This document shows, in pieces, positions 9,212 through 18,767 of a DNA stretch of 39,835 bases (position 1 is the first letter of the stretch; each line of letters begins with the position of its first letter). The DNA lies in IMG/VR virus record IMGVR_UViG_3300047090_000046, positions 1 through 39,835 of that record. The stretch is one strand, 5' to 3'. The notes beneath the pieces are model-generated. The model was not told the DNA's origin. It saw only the letters and a list, made by a program, of their open reading frames with translations, and ran no database searches. This DNA comes from a virus. Taxonomy: Duplodnaviria > Caudoviricetes. The position numbers and the translations under genes are program-made.

Positions 9212-9739
9212 ATGCCCACGTTTGAGGCTGCGGAGCAGGCGAAGGACGACCCTTTGCGGTTGCCAATCCCCGGTGCTGACGGGTTGGTCCGGACGTATGA
9301 GATCCCGGTCCTCGACGCTGCCGGGCTGATCGAACTCAGCCAGCTCGAGCGCAGCGTCAGGATGATCACGGTCGGGTTAGGTGACCGTGTCCCTGACGCG
9401 GAGGTAGCGAAGCTCGACGCGATGACCCAACGCCAACACGTCGAACTCGTCCTGTCCGCCGGGACGGTGGACCTCATGCTCAAAGACCGGATCGATCAGC
9501 GGATGTTCACGGCGGCGGCGATCACCGCACAGACGTGGCACACGAGGGGCACGAAAGCTGCCTACGACGCTTGGGAACGGCTCGCTGTGCATCCGGGGGT
9601 GGATGACCCTTTAGCGTTCCCCCCGGTGAATCGGGGGGCGAAGAATGGTGGCGGAAATACGAATCCGACGATGGCGAGTTCCTCGTCATCCCGGAGTCGG
9701 AAGTCGCGGCGGAAGGGGAAAACGCGGGTTGGTCGCTGA
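9212..9739 (+). CDS. Tail assembly chaperone (G-type)
   Basis: AGGAGG before ATG 9212; lies between major tail and tape measure; contains slippery C_CCT_TTA at 9607-9613. Confidence 0.82.
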   Translation: MPTFEAAEQAKDDPLRLPIPGADGLVRTYEIPVLDAAGLIELSQLERSVRMITVGLGDRVPDAEVAKLDAMTQRQHVELVLSAGTVDLMLKDRIDQRMFTAAAITAQTWHTRGTKAAYDAWERLAVHPGVDDPLAFPPVNRGAKNGGGNTNPTMASSSSSRSRKSRRKGKTRVGR

Positions 9740-9984
9740 TCGACGTGGCGGAGTTGTTCGACCTGATCGAATGCGACTTCCAATCGATCTACGGGATCGA
9801 CCTGAACGGGCACGTGAGGACACAGGAAGGGTGGGTTGGTGTGATGCATGCCAGGTCGGCCCGTTGGTTCTTGTGGCGCGTTCACGGCATGGTCACTGAC
9901 CGGTCGTCCCGGTTCCACGCGGTGATCGACAAGCGCCGGCAAGACAACCCCGTCGTGCCTGCACCCGGTGAGGACGATTTCTGA
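9607..9984 (+). CDS. Tail assembly chaperone -1 frameshift extension (T part of GT)
   Basis: -1 frame is open from CCCTTTA to TGA 9984 (…WWRKYESDDGEF…LIECDFQSIYGIDL…RWFLWRVHG); C6/G6 hairpin follows the slip site. Confidence 0.75.
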   Translation, partial: PFSVPPGESGGEEWWRKYESDDGEFLVIPESEVAAEGENAGWSLIDVAELFDLIECDFQSIYGIDLNGHVRTQEGWVGVMHARSARWFLWRVHGMVTDRSSRFHAVIDKRRQDNPVVPAPGEDDF

Positions 9985-12900
9985 TGGCGACGTTCAACGC
10001 GGGCACCGTCCAAGCGTCAATCGAGATTGATCAGTCCGCGCTGTCCGGGTCGGTCGCTCAGGCGGTCGGGCAGGTCCGGCAGATGGGCGCGCAGGGCGAG
10101 GCCGCGGGGAAGGAAGCGGGGAAGGCGACCGGCGCAGGGTTCGGCGGCGCGATGGGCGTCAGCATCGAAGGCGCACTTGACCAGGTCAAGGACAAAGTCA
10201 AAGAGAAGCTGTCCAGTGCGTTGGAGGGCGGCGCCGGGGTCGCGAAAGTCGCCGGCGCTGGGGTCGGGTTGGCGCTCGCTGCAGCACTGGTGACCGCGGT
10301 GTCGTTCGAGCCGATCAAGGCGAAGCTGACCGCTCAACTGGGGTTGACGGAGGCGGAGTCCGCCCGTATCGGCGGGGTCGCGGGGAAGCTGTACGGCGCC
10401 AACTACGGGGAAGGGCTGCAGGACGTTAACGACGCGATCCGGTCCGTAATCCAGAACGTCGACGGGATGCGGAACGCCAGCACATCCGACCTGCAATCCA
10501 TCACAGGGCAGGTGATGTCGCTGTCGTCGGCGTTCGATCAGGACCTTGGTGCGACGACCAGGGCGGTTGGTCAGCTCATGCGGACCGGGCTCGCCAAGAA
10601 CGCGCAGGAGGCGCTCGACATCATCGCCCGTGGGTTCCAAACCGGCGCGGATAAGAGCGAGGATTTCCTTGACACCCTGAACGAGTACGGAACGCAATTC
10701 CGGAAGCTGGGGATCGACGGGACGGAAGCGACCGGGCTGATCGAACAAGGCTTGAAAGCTGGGGCGCGGGACGCTGACATCGTCGCGGACGCATTCAAGG
10801 AATTCGCTATCAGGGCGGTCGACGGGTCGAAACTGACCAGTGATTCTCTCACCGCGCTCGGGTTGAACGCGCAGAAGGTGTCAGAGGATATCGGGGCCGG
10901 CGGGATGCGGGCGAAGCAAGCGACGGACCTGGTTCTTGATTCGCTGCGTGGTGTGGCGGACCCGGCGCAGAAGGCTGCGATCGCTGTCGGCCTGTTCGGT
11001 ACACAGTCGGAGGATCTCGGGTCGGCGCTCGACGCGCTGGACTTGACGACGGCGGCGGCGCAGCTCGGGGAGGTCGCGGGGGCGTCGGAAAAGGTCGACA
11101 AGGTGATGGGCGACACCGCGCAGGGCGGGCTGACGTCGATCTTCCGCGGGTTCCAACTGCTCGGGGACACCATCGGGTCGGCGTTGCTGCCTGTCCTGAA
11201 GCCGATCATCACTGGTGTGCTGACCCTGACGGGGTACATCAGCGACCTGGTTGGGATGGTGATGGATCTCCCGGGCCCGTTGCTGCTGGCCGCTGGGGCG
11301 CTCGCGGGGTGGGCGATCATCTCCTCGCTTGCGCCGGCGGCGTTGGCGTTCGCGTCGTCCCTTGGTGTGGCTGCGACGGCGGTGCGTGGGTTTTTGACGG
11401 CGCTCGGCCCGATCGGCATTCTCGCGGCGGCGGCGGGTATCGCTATGTCGTTCCTGATGGACTCGACGGACAAGACAGCGGAAGTCACTCAGCAGGCATC
11501 GGACCGGTGGGAGCGGCTGGTCGCGACGCTCGACAGCGTGTCGGGTGCGGTGACGGACGCGACCCGCGCGCAACTAGCGCAGGAGGCGCAGTCGTCCGGG
11601 ATGCTGTCAACCCTCGAGCAGTTGGGCGTGTCGACGAGGGACTACATCGACGCTTCGGCCGGTGTCGCGGGCGGTCAGGAGAAGCTAGCGGCGTCGACAC
11701 AGGCAGCGGCGACGAAGATCCTCGGCCAGTCGGCGGCGTACCGGAACGTAGCGGAAGCCCTTGCTGGGGCCGGCGTGTCGCAGAAGGAGTTCGTTACTGC
11801 GATGGAATCAGGGGACATCAGCGGGGTTCAGGCGAAGGTCGACGCCTACGCGGAAGCGCAGGCCCGGCTGACTGGGAACGTGGCGACTGCGACGGACATT
11901 CAGTCCCGGTTCGCTGCGGCGGTCGCTGATGGGCAGTCACCGTTGCAGGCGCTCGGCGGGATTCTGAACTTGTCTGGGGCGGACGCTGACGGGTTCGCCA
12001 CGGCGGCGGATGCTGCGGCGCAGAAGTCCCGAGCGCTCGGGACGAACGCGGACGGCGCTAAGGACGGTGTCGGTGGGCTCGGCGGGGCGGCAAGCACAAC
12101 CACGCAGGCGGTCGACCCGATGGCTACGGCGCTCGACGCGGCATCGAAAGCTACGTCAGCGCTTGACCAGGCAACGAAGTTCCTTGCCCTGACGCTTGAC
12201 CAGGCGGCGGGGAACATCATCAGCACTACGGAGGCGCAGAACGCCTACGACGCGAGCACGCAGGCTATCGGGCAGTCGCAGCGGGACACAGCGCAGGCGA
12301 CGGCTGATCTTGACCAGGCGAACCAGGATCTACAGAAGGTGCAGGACGACGGGACGCACACTGACGCGCAGCTCGAGGAGGCGCACCGGAAGGTAGCCGA
12401 CGCCAGCGACAAGGTTAGTGATGCGGAGCGGAAGCAGTTCGACGCGAACGTGCAGACACAGTCGACGGCGATCGCGCTGGCGACGTCGCTCGGTCAGCAG
12501 GCCGGCGCGTCGGGTGGGCTCAAGGGCGCTACCGACGCTGCGACGACGTCGATCCAGAAGTCGAAGGATGCGTTTATCGCGGCTCAGCCGGAAGCGGACC
12601 GGTTGTCAGGGAAGGCTGATCAGGTCGCGAACGCATTGTTCGGGATCCCGAAAGACACCGTGGCCCGGCTCGCGGAGTCCGGGGCGCTCGGTGTTCAGCA
12701 GGCAGCGCAGCAAACGGCGTCACAGATCAACCAAGTCCCGACGTCGCACAACACGACGTTCACCGCTGATGTCCCACGGTCGACGATCAACGACTACGCG
12801 AACGCCATCGCGAACGTCCCGACCCATAAGACAACGATTATGGAAACGATCATCGCGGGTGCGCAACCGAAGGCGGACGGCGGGCACCTGAACCGCGCAG

Positions 12901-13238
12901 CGGAAGGGCTCCGGTTGCTCGGCGGCCGCGGTGTCAGTCAGCGGCGCATCGGGTCCGGGGACGGGGTGACGTGGGCGGAAGGCATCACCGGGGAAGAGTT
13001 CTATATCAGCATGAAACCGGGGCAGGAGCAACGGAACAGGGCGTTCCTGTCGGAAGCGGCTGTGAAGCTCGGTGGGCGGACATCATTCGCGCCGGGCACG
13101 GCGACACCGGCACCCGCGGCCAGCCCTGTCACGACCGGTTCCGCGTCCCGGACGGTCAGCGTGGGGTCGGTCAGCATCGGCCGGTTCGACGACGCGGACA
13201 GGTTCTTTGACCGGATGGCATGGGAGCAACTCGGATGA
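9984..13238 (+). CDS. Tape measure protein
   Basis: 1084 aa, Ala/Gly-rich; DFLDTLNEYGTQFRKLG, ADAFKEF and LFGTQSEDLG core motifs. Confidence 0.95.
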   Translation: MATFNAGTVQASIEIDQSALSGSVAQAVGQVRQMGAQGEAAGKEAGKATGAGFGGAMGVSIEGALDQVKDKVKEKLSSALEGGAGVAKVAGAGVGLALAAALVTAVSFEPIKAKLTAQLGLTEAESARIGGVAGKLYGANYGEGLQDVNDAIRSVIQNVDGMRNASTSDLQSITGQVMSLSSAFDQDLGATTRAVGQLMRTGLAKNAQEALDIIARGFQTGADKSEDFLDTLNEYGTQFRKLGIDGTEATGLIEQGLKAGARDADIVADAFKEFAIRAVDGSKLTSDSLTALGLNAQKVSEDIGAGGMRAKQATDLVLDSLRGVADPAQKAAIAVGLFGTQSEDLGSALDALDLTTAAAQLGEVAGASEKVDKVMGDTAQGGLTSIFRGFQLLGDTIGSALLPVLKPIITGVLTLTGYISDLVGMVMDLPGPLLLAAGALAGWAIISSLAPAALAFASSLGVAATAVRGFLTALGPIGILAAAAGIAMSFLMDSTDKTAEVTQQASDRWERLVATLDSVSGAVTDATRAQLAQEAQSSGMLSTLEQLGVSTRDYIDASAGVAGGQEKLAASTQAAATKILGQSAAYRNVAEALAGAGVSQKEFVTAMESGDISGVQAKVDAYAEAQARLTGNVATATDIQSRFAAAVADGQSPLQALGGILNLSGADADGFATAADAAAQKSRALGTNADGAKDGVGGLGGAASTTTQAVDPMATALDAASKATSALDQATKFLALTLDQAAGNIISTTEAQNAYDASTQAIGQSQRDTAQATADLDQANQDLQKVQDDGTHTDAQLEEAHRKVADASDKVSDAERKQFDANVQTQSTAIALATSLGQQAGASGGLKGATDAATTSIQKSKDAFIAAQPEADRLSGKADQVANALFGIPKDTVARLAESGALGVQQAAQQTASQINQVPTSHNTTFTADVPRSTINDYANAIANVPTHKTTIMETIIAGAQPKADGGHLNRAAEGLRLLGGRGVSQRRIGSGDGVTWAEGITGEEFYISMKPGQEQRNRAFLSEAAVKLGGRTSFAPGTATPAPAASPVTTGSASRTVSVGSVSIGRFDDADRFFDRMAWEQLG

Positions 13239-14119
13239 CCCTCGACCTCGCGACCAGCACGATCACGTGGAACGGGCTAACCCTCGGCGCAGGCACACCT
13301 TGGATCGTGACTGACCCGGGCATCATCGGTTGGGAGGAGTCAACCCCGATCGACAAGCTCAGCGAAGCCAGGGCGGATTCCTACGGGGACAGGGACACAC
13401 CCTTGCGGGCTCGTGGCCGGACGGTGCAGATCGCGGGCCTAGTGAAGTCCACCGACCAACGCGACCAACTCGTGCGGTCGTTCCTGCAGGCGTTCACCCT
13501 GCCCGCCGACCCACGCGCCAAAGGGGAACTCAGCATCACCACGGCCGGCCGCACACTGATGGCGTACGCGCAGGTAGCCGGCCGGAAGATCATGCAAGGC
13601 AAGTACTGGGGCATAGGCCGGTTCGGTTGGGCGGTGCAGTTCATCTGCGACGACTACCTCCGGTACGGCGCTGAGATCGTCACAGAAGCACCGATAAACG
13701 TCGTAGGCGGCGGCATCACCCCGCCACTCACCCCGCCGCTGACGTTGCCGTTCCGCCCGAAGTCCGGTGTCGCTGACGTGTTCAACCCCGGTGACCGGCT
13801 CACACCCGCGGTGTTCGAGCTCTGGGGACCGCAAACCGGCCTGATCGGTGTTCAACAGGTCACGACCGGCCGGACCCTCACTTACGATGTGCAGCTCGCG
13901 GCCGGGGTTGGGGTGTTCCCACCGGACCGGCTCATCATCGACACCCGGGCGGGTTGGGCCACGTTGAATGGTGATGCGTCCCGCTCTGCGCTTCCAGGGT
14001 CGAGCGTGACGCGCACAGTCGGGCTCGTCCCCGGGGCGAACCAGATCCGGGCGACAGGCACAACCCCCGGCGGCGGCACAGCCAAGCTAGTTGTCCGGTT
14101 CCGGCCGGCAAGCGAATAG
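13235..14119 (+). CDS. Distal tail (Dit-like) minor tail protein
   Basis: ATGA overlap after tape measure; R.VQIAG, F.CDD.LRYG, NPGD..TP and LVPGANQI motifs. Confidence 0.8.
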   Translation: MTLDLATSTITWNGLTLGAGTPWIVTDPGIIGWEESTPIDKLSEARADSYGDRDTPLRARGRTVQIAGLVKSTDQRDQLVRSFLQAFTLPADPRAKGELSITTAGRTLMAYAQVAGRKIMQGKYWGIGRFGWAVQFICDDYLRYGAEIVTEAPINVVGGGITPPLTPPLTLPFRPKSGVADVFNPGDRLTPAVFELWGPQTGLIGVQQVTTGRTLTYDVQLAAGVGVFPPDRLIIDTRAGWATLNGDASRSALPGSSVTRTVGLVPGANQIRATGTTPGGGTAKLVVRFRPASE

Positions 14120-14128
14120 GAGCAACTG

Positions 14129-15187
14129 ATGGCGAACGCATTCGCAGACCTCCCAGTCGGGTCGTGGGAGGACGGGTCAACCCTCACAGGCACCGACCTA
14201 CGGCGCGGGCAACTGTTCGCCACCATGGGCGGGGCGCTCGCACTCACAGCGCGGGGCGGGGTGAGGTCCTCCCGCAGTAACCCGCTGGGGTCATCGCTGC
14301 CCGGTGGGATGTTCATCCGCACCAACCCTGGTGTCGCTGCGGTCCCTGCAGCTGCCAGTGAGGGCGCGTACATCGTGACCGTGGCGGCGTCGACGGACCT
14401 CGCTGTCACCGCGGCGAACGGCACCAACCCGCGGATAGACACGCTCGGCCTCGAGGTCGTCCCCGGTTCACCGGATCTGTGGCGGCTCAGGATGCTCGAC
14501 GGTTCCCCCAACGCTTCCCCGGTGGCACCGACGTACGGTGTCGCCGGCGGGTTGTTCCTGCCGTTGGCTGACGTCCGGGTCAACGCCGCGGTGTCCGTCC
14601 CGACGTCCATCACAGACCGCAGGACCTACACAGCGGCCGCCGGCGGGGTTGTGCCGATCCCGGGCCTGCTGGCGCTGTCGAAAGCATCCCGGGACACCCT
14701 GATGGCCGCGCTGCCCGCGGGGACGCTGGTTTATGACGACAACGCGAACGCGCTGGGCGTCGTCAGCACAGCCCGTAATTTCATGCCCATTCAGCAGGAC
14801 CCGGCGATGACGAACGGGTCCGTCATCGGGGTATCCCCAACGTTCAGCAACACCACGTGGGGCGAATACACCACCGTTGCATTCACATTCACCCCGCCAC
14901 GATCAGGGAACGCCTACATCGGGTATCAAACGGACGTCGTCAGTATCGGGGCGCCCGGGTTCATTCAATATCGGGTGTTGGTCGACGGGTCACCCATATT
15001 TTTCTCGGATGTCACCGTGGCGTACCCACCGGCGACGGCGACGCGGTATCCGTTCGATTGGGTGTCGAAGGTCCCGGTTTATTGCGAGCAGGGCGTAGCG
15101 CGGATGATCCGGCTCGAGGTGCAGTCATTCAATTCAGGGCAAACCTGGCAAGTGAATGCGTTTCAGTGGCGGATTATTCAGCCATGA
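14129..15187 (+). CDS. Minor tail protein / candidate receptor-binding protein
   Basis: Actinophage minor-tail N-terminus (ANGTNPRID, G.P.ASPVAP, LPLADVRVNA, ITDRR) with a beta-rich C-terminus. Confidence 0.75.
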   Translation: MANAFADLPVGSWEDGSTLTGTDLRRGQLFATMGGALALTARGGVRSSRSNPLGSSLPGGMFIRTNPGVAAVPAAASEGAYIVTVAASTDLAVTAANGTNPRIDTLGLEVVPGSPDLWRLRMLDGSPNASPVAPTYGVAGGLFLPLADVRVNAAVSVPTSITDRRTYTAAAGGVVPIPGLLALSKASRDTLMAALPAGTLVYDDNANALGVVSTARNFMPIQQDPAMTNGSVIGVSPTFSNTTWGEYTTVAFTFTPPRSGNAYIGYQTDVVSIGAPGFIQYRVLVDGSPIFFSDVTVAYPPATATRYPFDWVSKVPVYCEQGVARMIRLEVQSFNSGQTWQVNAFQWRIIQP

Positions 15188-16341
15188 TTCAGTGGTCGTT
15201 CATCGTGACGGACGGGCGGCCGGCGTCGTCGGGTGGCGGGCACCTGGTCAGCTACGCGGCGCCGTATACGAACGTGAAGTGGTCGGACGGGCTCGACCAG
15301 GGGAACCTGACGTGCTCGTTCCCGCTGGATTCCGTTCCGGCGGTTGACCGGCTGTCCTACTGCGACGAGGACCGTACCGTGATCTGGCCGTGCGTGAACG
15401 GCACCCCGGTTGGGGCGTGGATCGTGACATCGCAGCAACCCCGGACACTCGGGCAGGACACCGTCGACCTCGTCGCGCAACCAGCGTTGTGGCGGATCTT
15501 GGACAGCCGGATCGTCCGATCAACCCTGGTTTTCAACCAGGTCGACCAACTCGACATTGCGCGGGACCTGATCAGGTACGCCACGAACCAGGCCACGACC
15601 AGCGCACAATTCCAACCCGTCCCCAAGGGTGTGCGGTATGAGGTCCCGTGGCTGCGGTTCGGCACGAACCTCTCCACTCGGCCACCCCGGGACAGGCTCG
15701 ACAACACCGATGGTTGGCAGGCAGCGAGCCGGAAAACCATCGGGCAATGCCTCAGATCGTTGATCGAGCTGATCGACGGGTTCGAGGTCCTGACGGTGGC
15801 AGGTTTGGACGACACACGGATGCCGTACCTCGAGGCCCGGTTTGGTGACCCGGAAGTGTCGCCGGCGGCGCCTATCGGCCGGTTGGAGTGGCCGTCCGCC
15901 GCGGTCACGGCCGGCACTCACGGGCGGGATGGGTCCGAGCGGGCAACGCTGGTCGACGTCATCGGCGCCGCGCAAGAACCGGTGGCAGCGCTCATCGCGA
16001 CCGCGGTTGACGACCTCGCTGCAGCCCGGCGGATGCCGCGGGAAGTCGCGGTGAACGGCGGCACGATCAGCCTCTACGCGACCCTGCTGGCGCGGGCGCA
16101 GGGCGAACTAGCGGTGAACGGGCCAGCGCAAACCGGGTTCAGCCTGACGGTTGGTTCAATGCCACCGGTTGAGCCGTATTCGTTCATTTGGGGTTCCCGG
16201 TTCACCTTGGCGGTTGAGGATGCGGGGTTCCCGGATGGTGCGGAGTTCACGGTGCGGGCGCGGGGCGCTCAGGTTGAGGTCGGCGGGTTCGGTCAGGCTG
16301 ACACGGTGAAGCTGGATCTACAGGTAGAGGGGGCGCAGTAA
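15184..16341 (+). CDS. Baseplate hub / Tal-like minor tail protein
   Basis: ATGA overlap; VDQLDIARDLIRYA and L.ELIDGFE motifs typical of ReqiPepy6 gp37-like proteins. Confidence 0.72.
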   Translation: MIQWSFIVTDGRPASSGGGHLVSYAAPYTNVKWSDGLDQGNLTCSFPLDSVPAVDRLSYCDEDRTVIWPCVNGTPVGAWIVTSQQPRTLGQDTVDLVAQPALWRILDSRIVRSTLVFNQVDQLDIARDLIRYATNQATTSAQFQPVPKGVRYEVPWLRFGTNLSTRPPRDRLDNTDGWQAASRKTIGQCLRSLIELIDGFEVLTVAGLDDTRMPYLEARFGDPEVSPAAPIGRLEWPSAAVTAGTHGRDGSERATLVDVIGAAQEPVAALIATAVDDLAAARRMPREVAVNGGTISLYATLLARAQGELAVNGPAQTGFSLTVGSMPPVEPYSFIWGSRFTLAVEDAGFPDGAEFTVRARGAQVEVGGFGQADTVKLDLQVEGAQ

Positions 16342-16649
16342 TGCCGCAGATGGGTTGGATCAACCCGGCGTCGGACACCTATCAGGCCCGGAAGTGGGCG
16401 AAACGCAGGCACGACGGCGGCGGGAACCAGCCCGGCCCGGGCGGCGGCGGGTCACCAACCCCGGACCCGGGGTCACAGACGGACAGCGTCCGGGTCGACC
16501 CGGCTGTGCCGAACGTGGCGTTCGTAGCAACGTCAGTCCCTCAGCCTTACGGCGGGTCACCGTTGTTGCTGTACCCGTCGTCTCTGGTGCGACCCGATCC
16601 GGTGAATCCTGGTGTTGCGTGGCTGACCGTAACGCAAACAGGGCCGTAG
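16341..16649 (+). CDS. Small Pro/Gly-rich putative minor tail protein
   Basis: TAATG coupling, GAGGGG RBS. Confidence 0.55.
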   Translation: MPQMGWINPASDTYQARKWAKRRHDGGGNQPGPGGGGSPTPDPGSQTDSVRVDPAVPNVAFVATSVPQPYGGSPLLLYPSSLVRPDPVNPGVAWLTVTQTGP

Positions 16650-16699
16650 GTCACATAATGTGATGATCGAACTACTGCAGCGACGCGGAAGGCCGGCGG

Positions 16700-17263
16700 A
16701 TGCTCGAAGCGTCGTTGTTTTTCGCGGCACCCGTTGACCTGCTGACCAGCGAAACGGTGAGCGTCGTCGGCCCAGTCGGGACCGTGATCGGCGTCATCCT
16801 CGGCCTGTACTGGGCGTTGCAACGTGAGGGCCTGGTCACAGGTAAGGCGCACCGGCGGGAAGTGGAGAAGCTGTCCACCGACCTCACCCGTGAGCGTTTG
16901 GAGCATGACGACACGATCAAGGCCATGCGTGAGGATTACCACGGCCGGATCAAGGACATCCGTGATGACTGGGAACGGCAGGCGTCGCGGCGGGAAGCTG
17001 AGAATCAGGGCACCATCGCGGGATTACGGGCGGACGTGGCCCGGTTGTACGGTGCGTGGCAGATCACAGAATCGTCGGCGGAGCGGCTAGTCAGGTCACG
17101 TATCCGGGCGGACGATGAAACGATCCTTACTCTGATGGAAGCTATCCGCCGTTCACAAAACGGTGAGCGTCTGGAGCTTCCAACGACCACGATCGGATCG
17201 AGTAGTGGCCCTGATGACGATGGACGACCAGACACCGGTCCCGGACACGAGAGAGATTCTTGA
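16700..17263 (+). CDS. Membrane protein with coiled coil (lysis-cassette associated)
   Basis: One TM segment (GPVGTVIGVILGLYWAL) followed by GLV.G..H and coiled coil. Confidence 0.68.
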   Translation: MLEASLFFAAPVDLLTSETVSVVGPVGTVIGVILGLYWALQREGLVTGKAHRREVEKLSTDLTRERLEHDDTIKAMREDYHGRIKDIRDDWERQASRREAENQGTIAGLRADVARLYGAWQITESSAERLVRSRIRADDETILTLMEAIRRSQNGERLELPTTTIGSSSGPDDDGRPDTGPGHERDS

Positions 17264-17411
17264 GCGCGCTTGGCGGCTCAAGAGGTTGACTCTGCCGATC
17301 GCTGACGCTTGGGACCGGCTAGGGGATATCGCATCGGAGGTGAGAGACGTAGACGCATTCCGGGCCGCATGGGTCCGGGAGCAACGATCACAACGGGGTG
17401 AGTGGCAGTGA
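17214..17411 (+). CDS. Small hypothetical protein
   Basis: Fills the gap between two membrane genes; start uncertain (17214 or 17220). Confidence 0.5.
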   Translation: MTMDDQTPVPDTREILERAWRLKRLTLPIADAWDRLGDIASEVRDVDAFRAAWVREQRSQRGEWQ

Positions 17412-17773
17412 CGGTTTCAGGTATTGCGGGGGATATGGCGGCGCAGACGGTCACGGACTGGGCGCGCATCGCAGCGGCGGTGATGGTCCTCGCGTGTTTC
17501 GCGGCGTACAGCCTGCTGACCAAATGGTGGAAGGACCTCGCACTGCTCGCGACGTGGCTGCTATTCACGGGCCTGTTGTCGGTGCTGGCGCTCGCGGTGA
17601 CCAGCCGGTATCAGGTGTACCCGGATGAGTGGAAACCGTGGGTAACGGCCGGTGTGTGGATCTTCATTGCCGCCCTGTTCGCGGGCTGGTTGGTTGCGTA
17701 CCTCTGGACGCAGCTCCGCCCTGTCCGGCGCCGGCGCGCAGCGGAGGACAGGGCGAAGGTCGGGCGGGTTTAG
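17402..17773 (+). CDS. Putative holin (3 TM segments, basic C-terminus)
   Basis: Three hydrophobic helices and an RPVRRRR tail; near endolysin. Confidence 0.62.
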   Translation: MAVTVSGIAGDMAAQTVTDWARIAAAVMVLACFAAYSLLTKWWKDLALLATWLLFTGLLSVLALAVTSRYQVYPDEWKPWVTAGVWIFIAALFAGWLVAYLWTQLRPVRRRRAAEDRAKVGRV

Positions 17774-17976
17774 TCGTCGGGTAGCTCGCGGCGCGCGGAC
17801 GCTAACGCTTGCTCAAGGGCGGCGCTCAGCGGTCGCGCACCGGGGCAGGAGTTCAGCCATCCCCAGATGTGCCGAAGCTGATCGTTCGTCACAGTGGGAA
17901 CGTCTGACAGGTTGCGGCGGGATTCGAGATCCGCTGTGATGGCGCGCTTGGCTCGGGCGCGTTGTTCGGGTGTCAT
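17770..17976 (-). CDS. Hypothetical protein (68 aa, MTPEQRARAK…)
   Basis: ATGA-coupled to the upstream minus-strand gene; GAGGA RBS. Confidence 0.6.
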   Translation of the reverse strand: MTPEQRARAKRAITADLESRRNLSDVPTVTNDQLRHIWGWLNSCPGARPLSAALEQALASARRELPDD

Positions 17977-18101
17977 CGGTCCTCGTTCGGGTCGTAGGGT
18001 CCGGGGTTCAGTGGGCAGGGACACTGCCAGCACCCGTAGTGCTCGGCGTGCTCGTCGACAGGGTGGCCGCATTCGGCGCAGGTGTCGACGTCGTCGGTCA
18101 T
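17973..18101 (-). CDS. 42-aa Cys/His-rich putative zinc-binding protein (absent from ORF track)
   Basis: MTDDVDTCAECGHPVDEHAEHYGCWQCPCPLNPGPYDPNEDR; ATGA overlaps at both ends. Confidence 0.68.
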   Translation of the reverse strand: MTDDVDTCAECGHPVDEHAEHYGCWQCPCPLNPGPYDPNEDR

Positions 18102-18460
18102 CGGGCGAGCTCGGCGCGGATCGCTGCCCGCTGGGCGACCAGCTCGTCAACCCTGTTCGCGACGATCGAGTAGTCGCGGGATCCGAAGGCGGGGGAGTCG
18201 CGTAGGGCGCGCTCACGCTTCCGGACGGTGGTCAAGGACGCTTCGACGCGGTGGAGCGCCGTCTTAGCGCAGTCGACGCATACCTCGTGCTGCAGCTCAC
18301 GGCCAGCGGCCATGATGAGCTCGAGCAGGTCGATCGGGTTGATCAGGGGTTCCGGCATTGAGAGCAGTAGGGATTCTCGTTCGATCCGGGCGGCTCTCCC
18401 GACGTAGCTGTCGGTGCAGTCTTGGGTGTGGGTGAAGGCCGGGGCGGTGGTGTTGGTCAT
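18098..18460 (-). CDS. Hypothetical protein (120 aa; HxxxC and CxxC motifs, C-terminal coiled coil)
   Basis: ATG 18460 lies 7 nt from a -10 box. Confidence 0.72.
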   Translation of the reverse strand: MTNTTAPAFTHTQDCTDSYVGRAARIERESLLLSMPEPLINPIDLLELIMAAGRELQHEVCVDCAKTALHRVEASLTTVRKRERALRDSPAFGSRDYSIVANRVDELVAQRAAIRAELAR

Positions 18461-18496
18461 AAGAACTATGCTACGGCACGTGACACAGATAGGCAA
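18461..18496 (-). promoter_or_regulatory. SigA-type leaderless promoter with operator copy
   Basis: Minus strand TTGCCT-17 bp-TAGCAT-7 nt-ATG; operator TGTCACGTGCCGTAGCA. Confidence 0.78.
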
Positions 18497-18584
18497 CCCG
18501 GAATCACCGGTAATCCGCGCAATCCGCGTCACGCGCAACCACGACACCTACCCTGACAAACACCAACCCACCAACGGAGGCCAC

Positions 18585-18767
18585 ATGCCAGACGAACCAG
18601 ACCAACTCACCCCAGACGAACGAAACGACATCGTCCCCGGCTACGAAACCGACCTGTCGGCGGTCGGAACCAACCGGGAAGCAACCGACCCCGACCCGCG
18701 CCCGTGGAACGAAGTACACGGGCTCACCGAAGAGGAAGCGGAGGCACTGACCGATGATCCTGCCTAG
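18585..18767 (+). CDS. Small acidic protein preceding endolysin
   Basis: AACGGAGG RBS before ATG 18585; overlaps the lysin start. Confidence 0.68.
   Translation: MPDEPDQLTPDERNDIVPGYETDLSAVGTNREATDPDPRPWNEVHGLTEEEAEALTDDPA

Noticed and set aside
9713-9723. GGGGAAAA near the chaperone stop as the frameshift site
   Set aside because: Phased AAG GGG AAA ACG, so not X_XXY_YYZ in frame; C_CCT_TTA at 9607 is properly phased with a downstream stem.
10017-12226. Long antisense ORFs over the tape measure and other genes
   Set aside because: Shadow ORFs expected from high-GC codon bias; no RBS or motifs.
14857-15183. N-terminal extension of the hub gene in the ORF track
   Set aside because: Overlaps the preceding gene by 330 nt; ATGA-coupled start at 15184 is more plausible.
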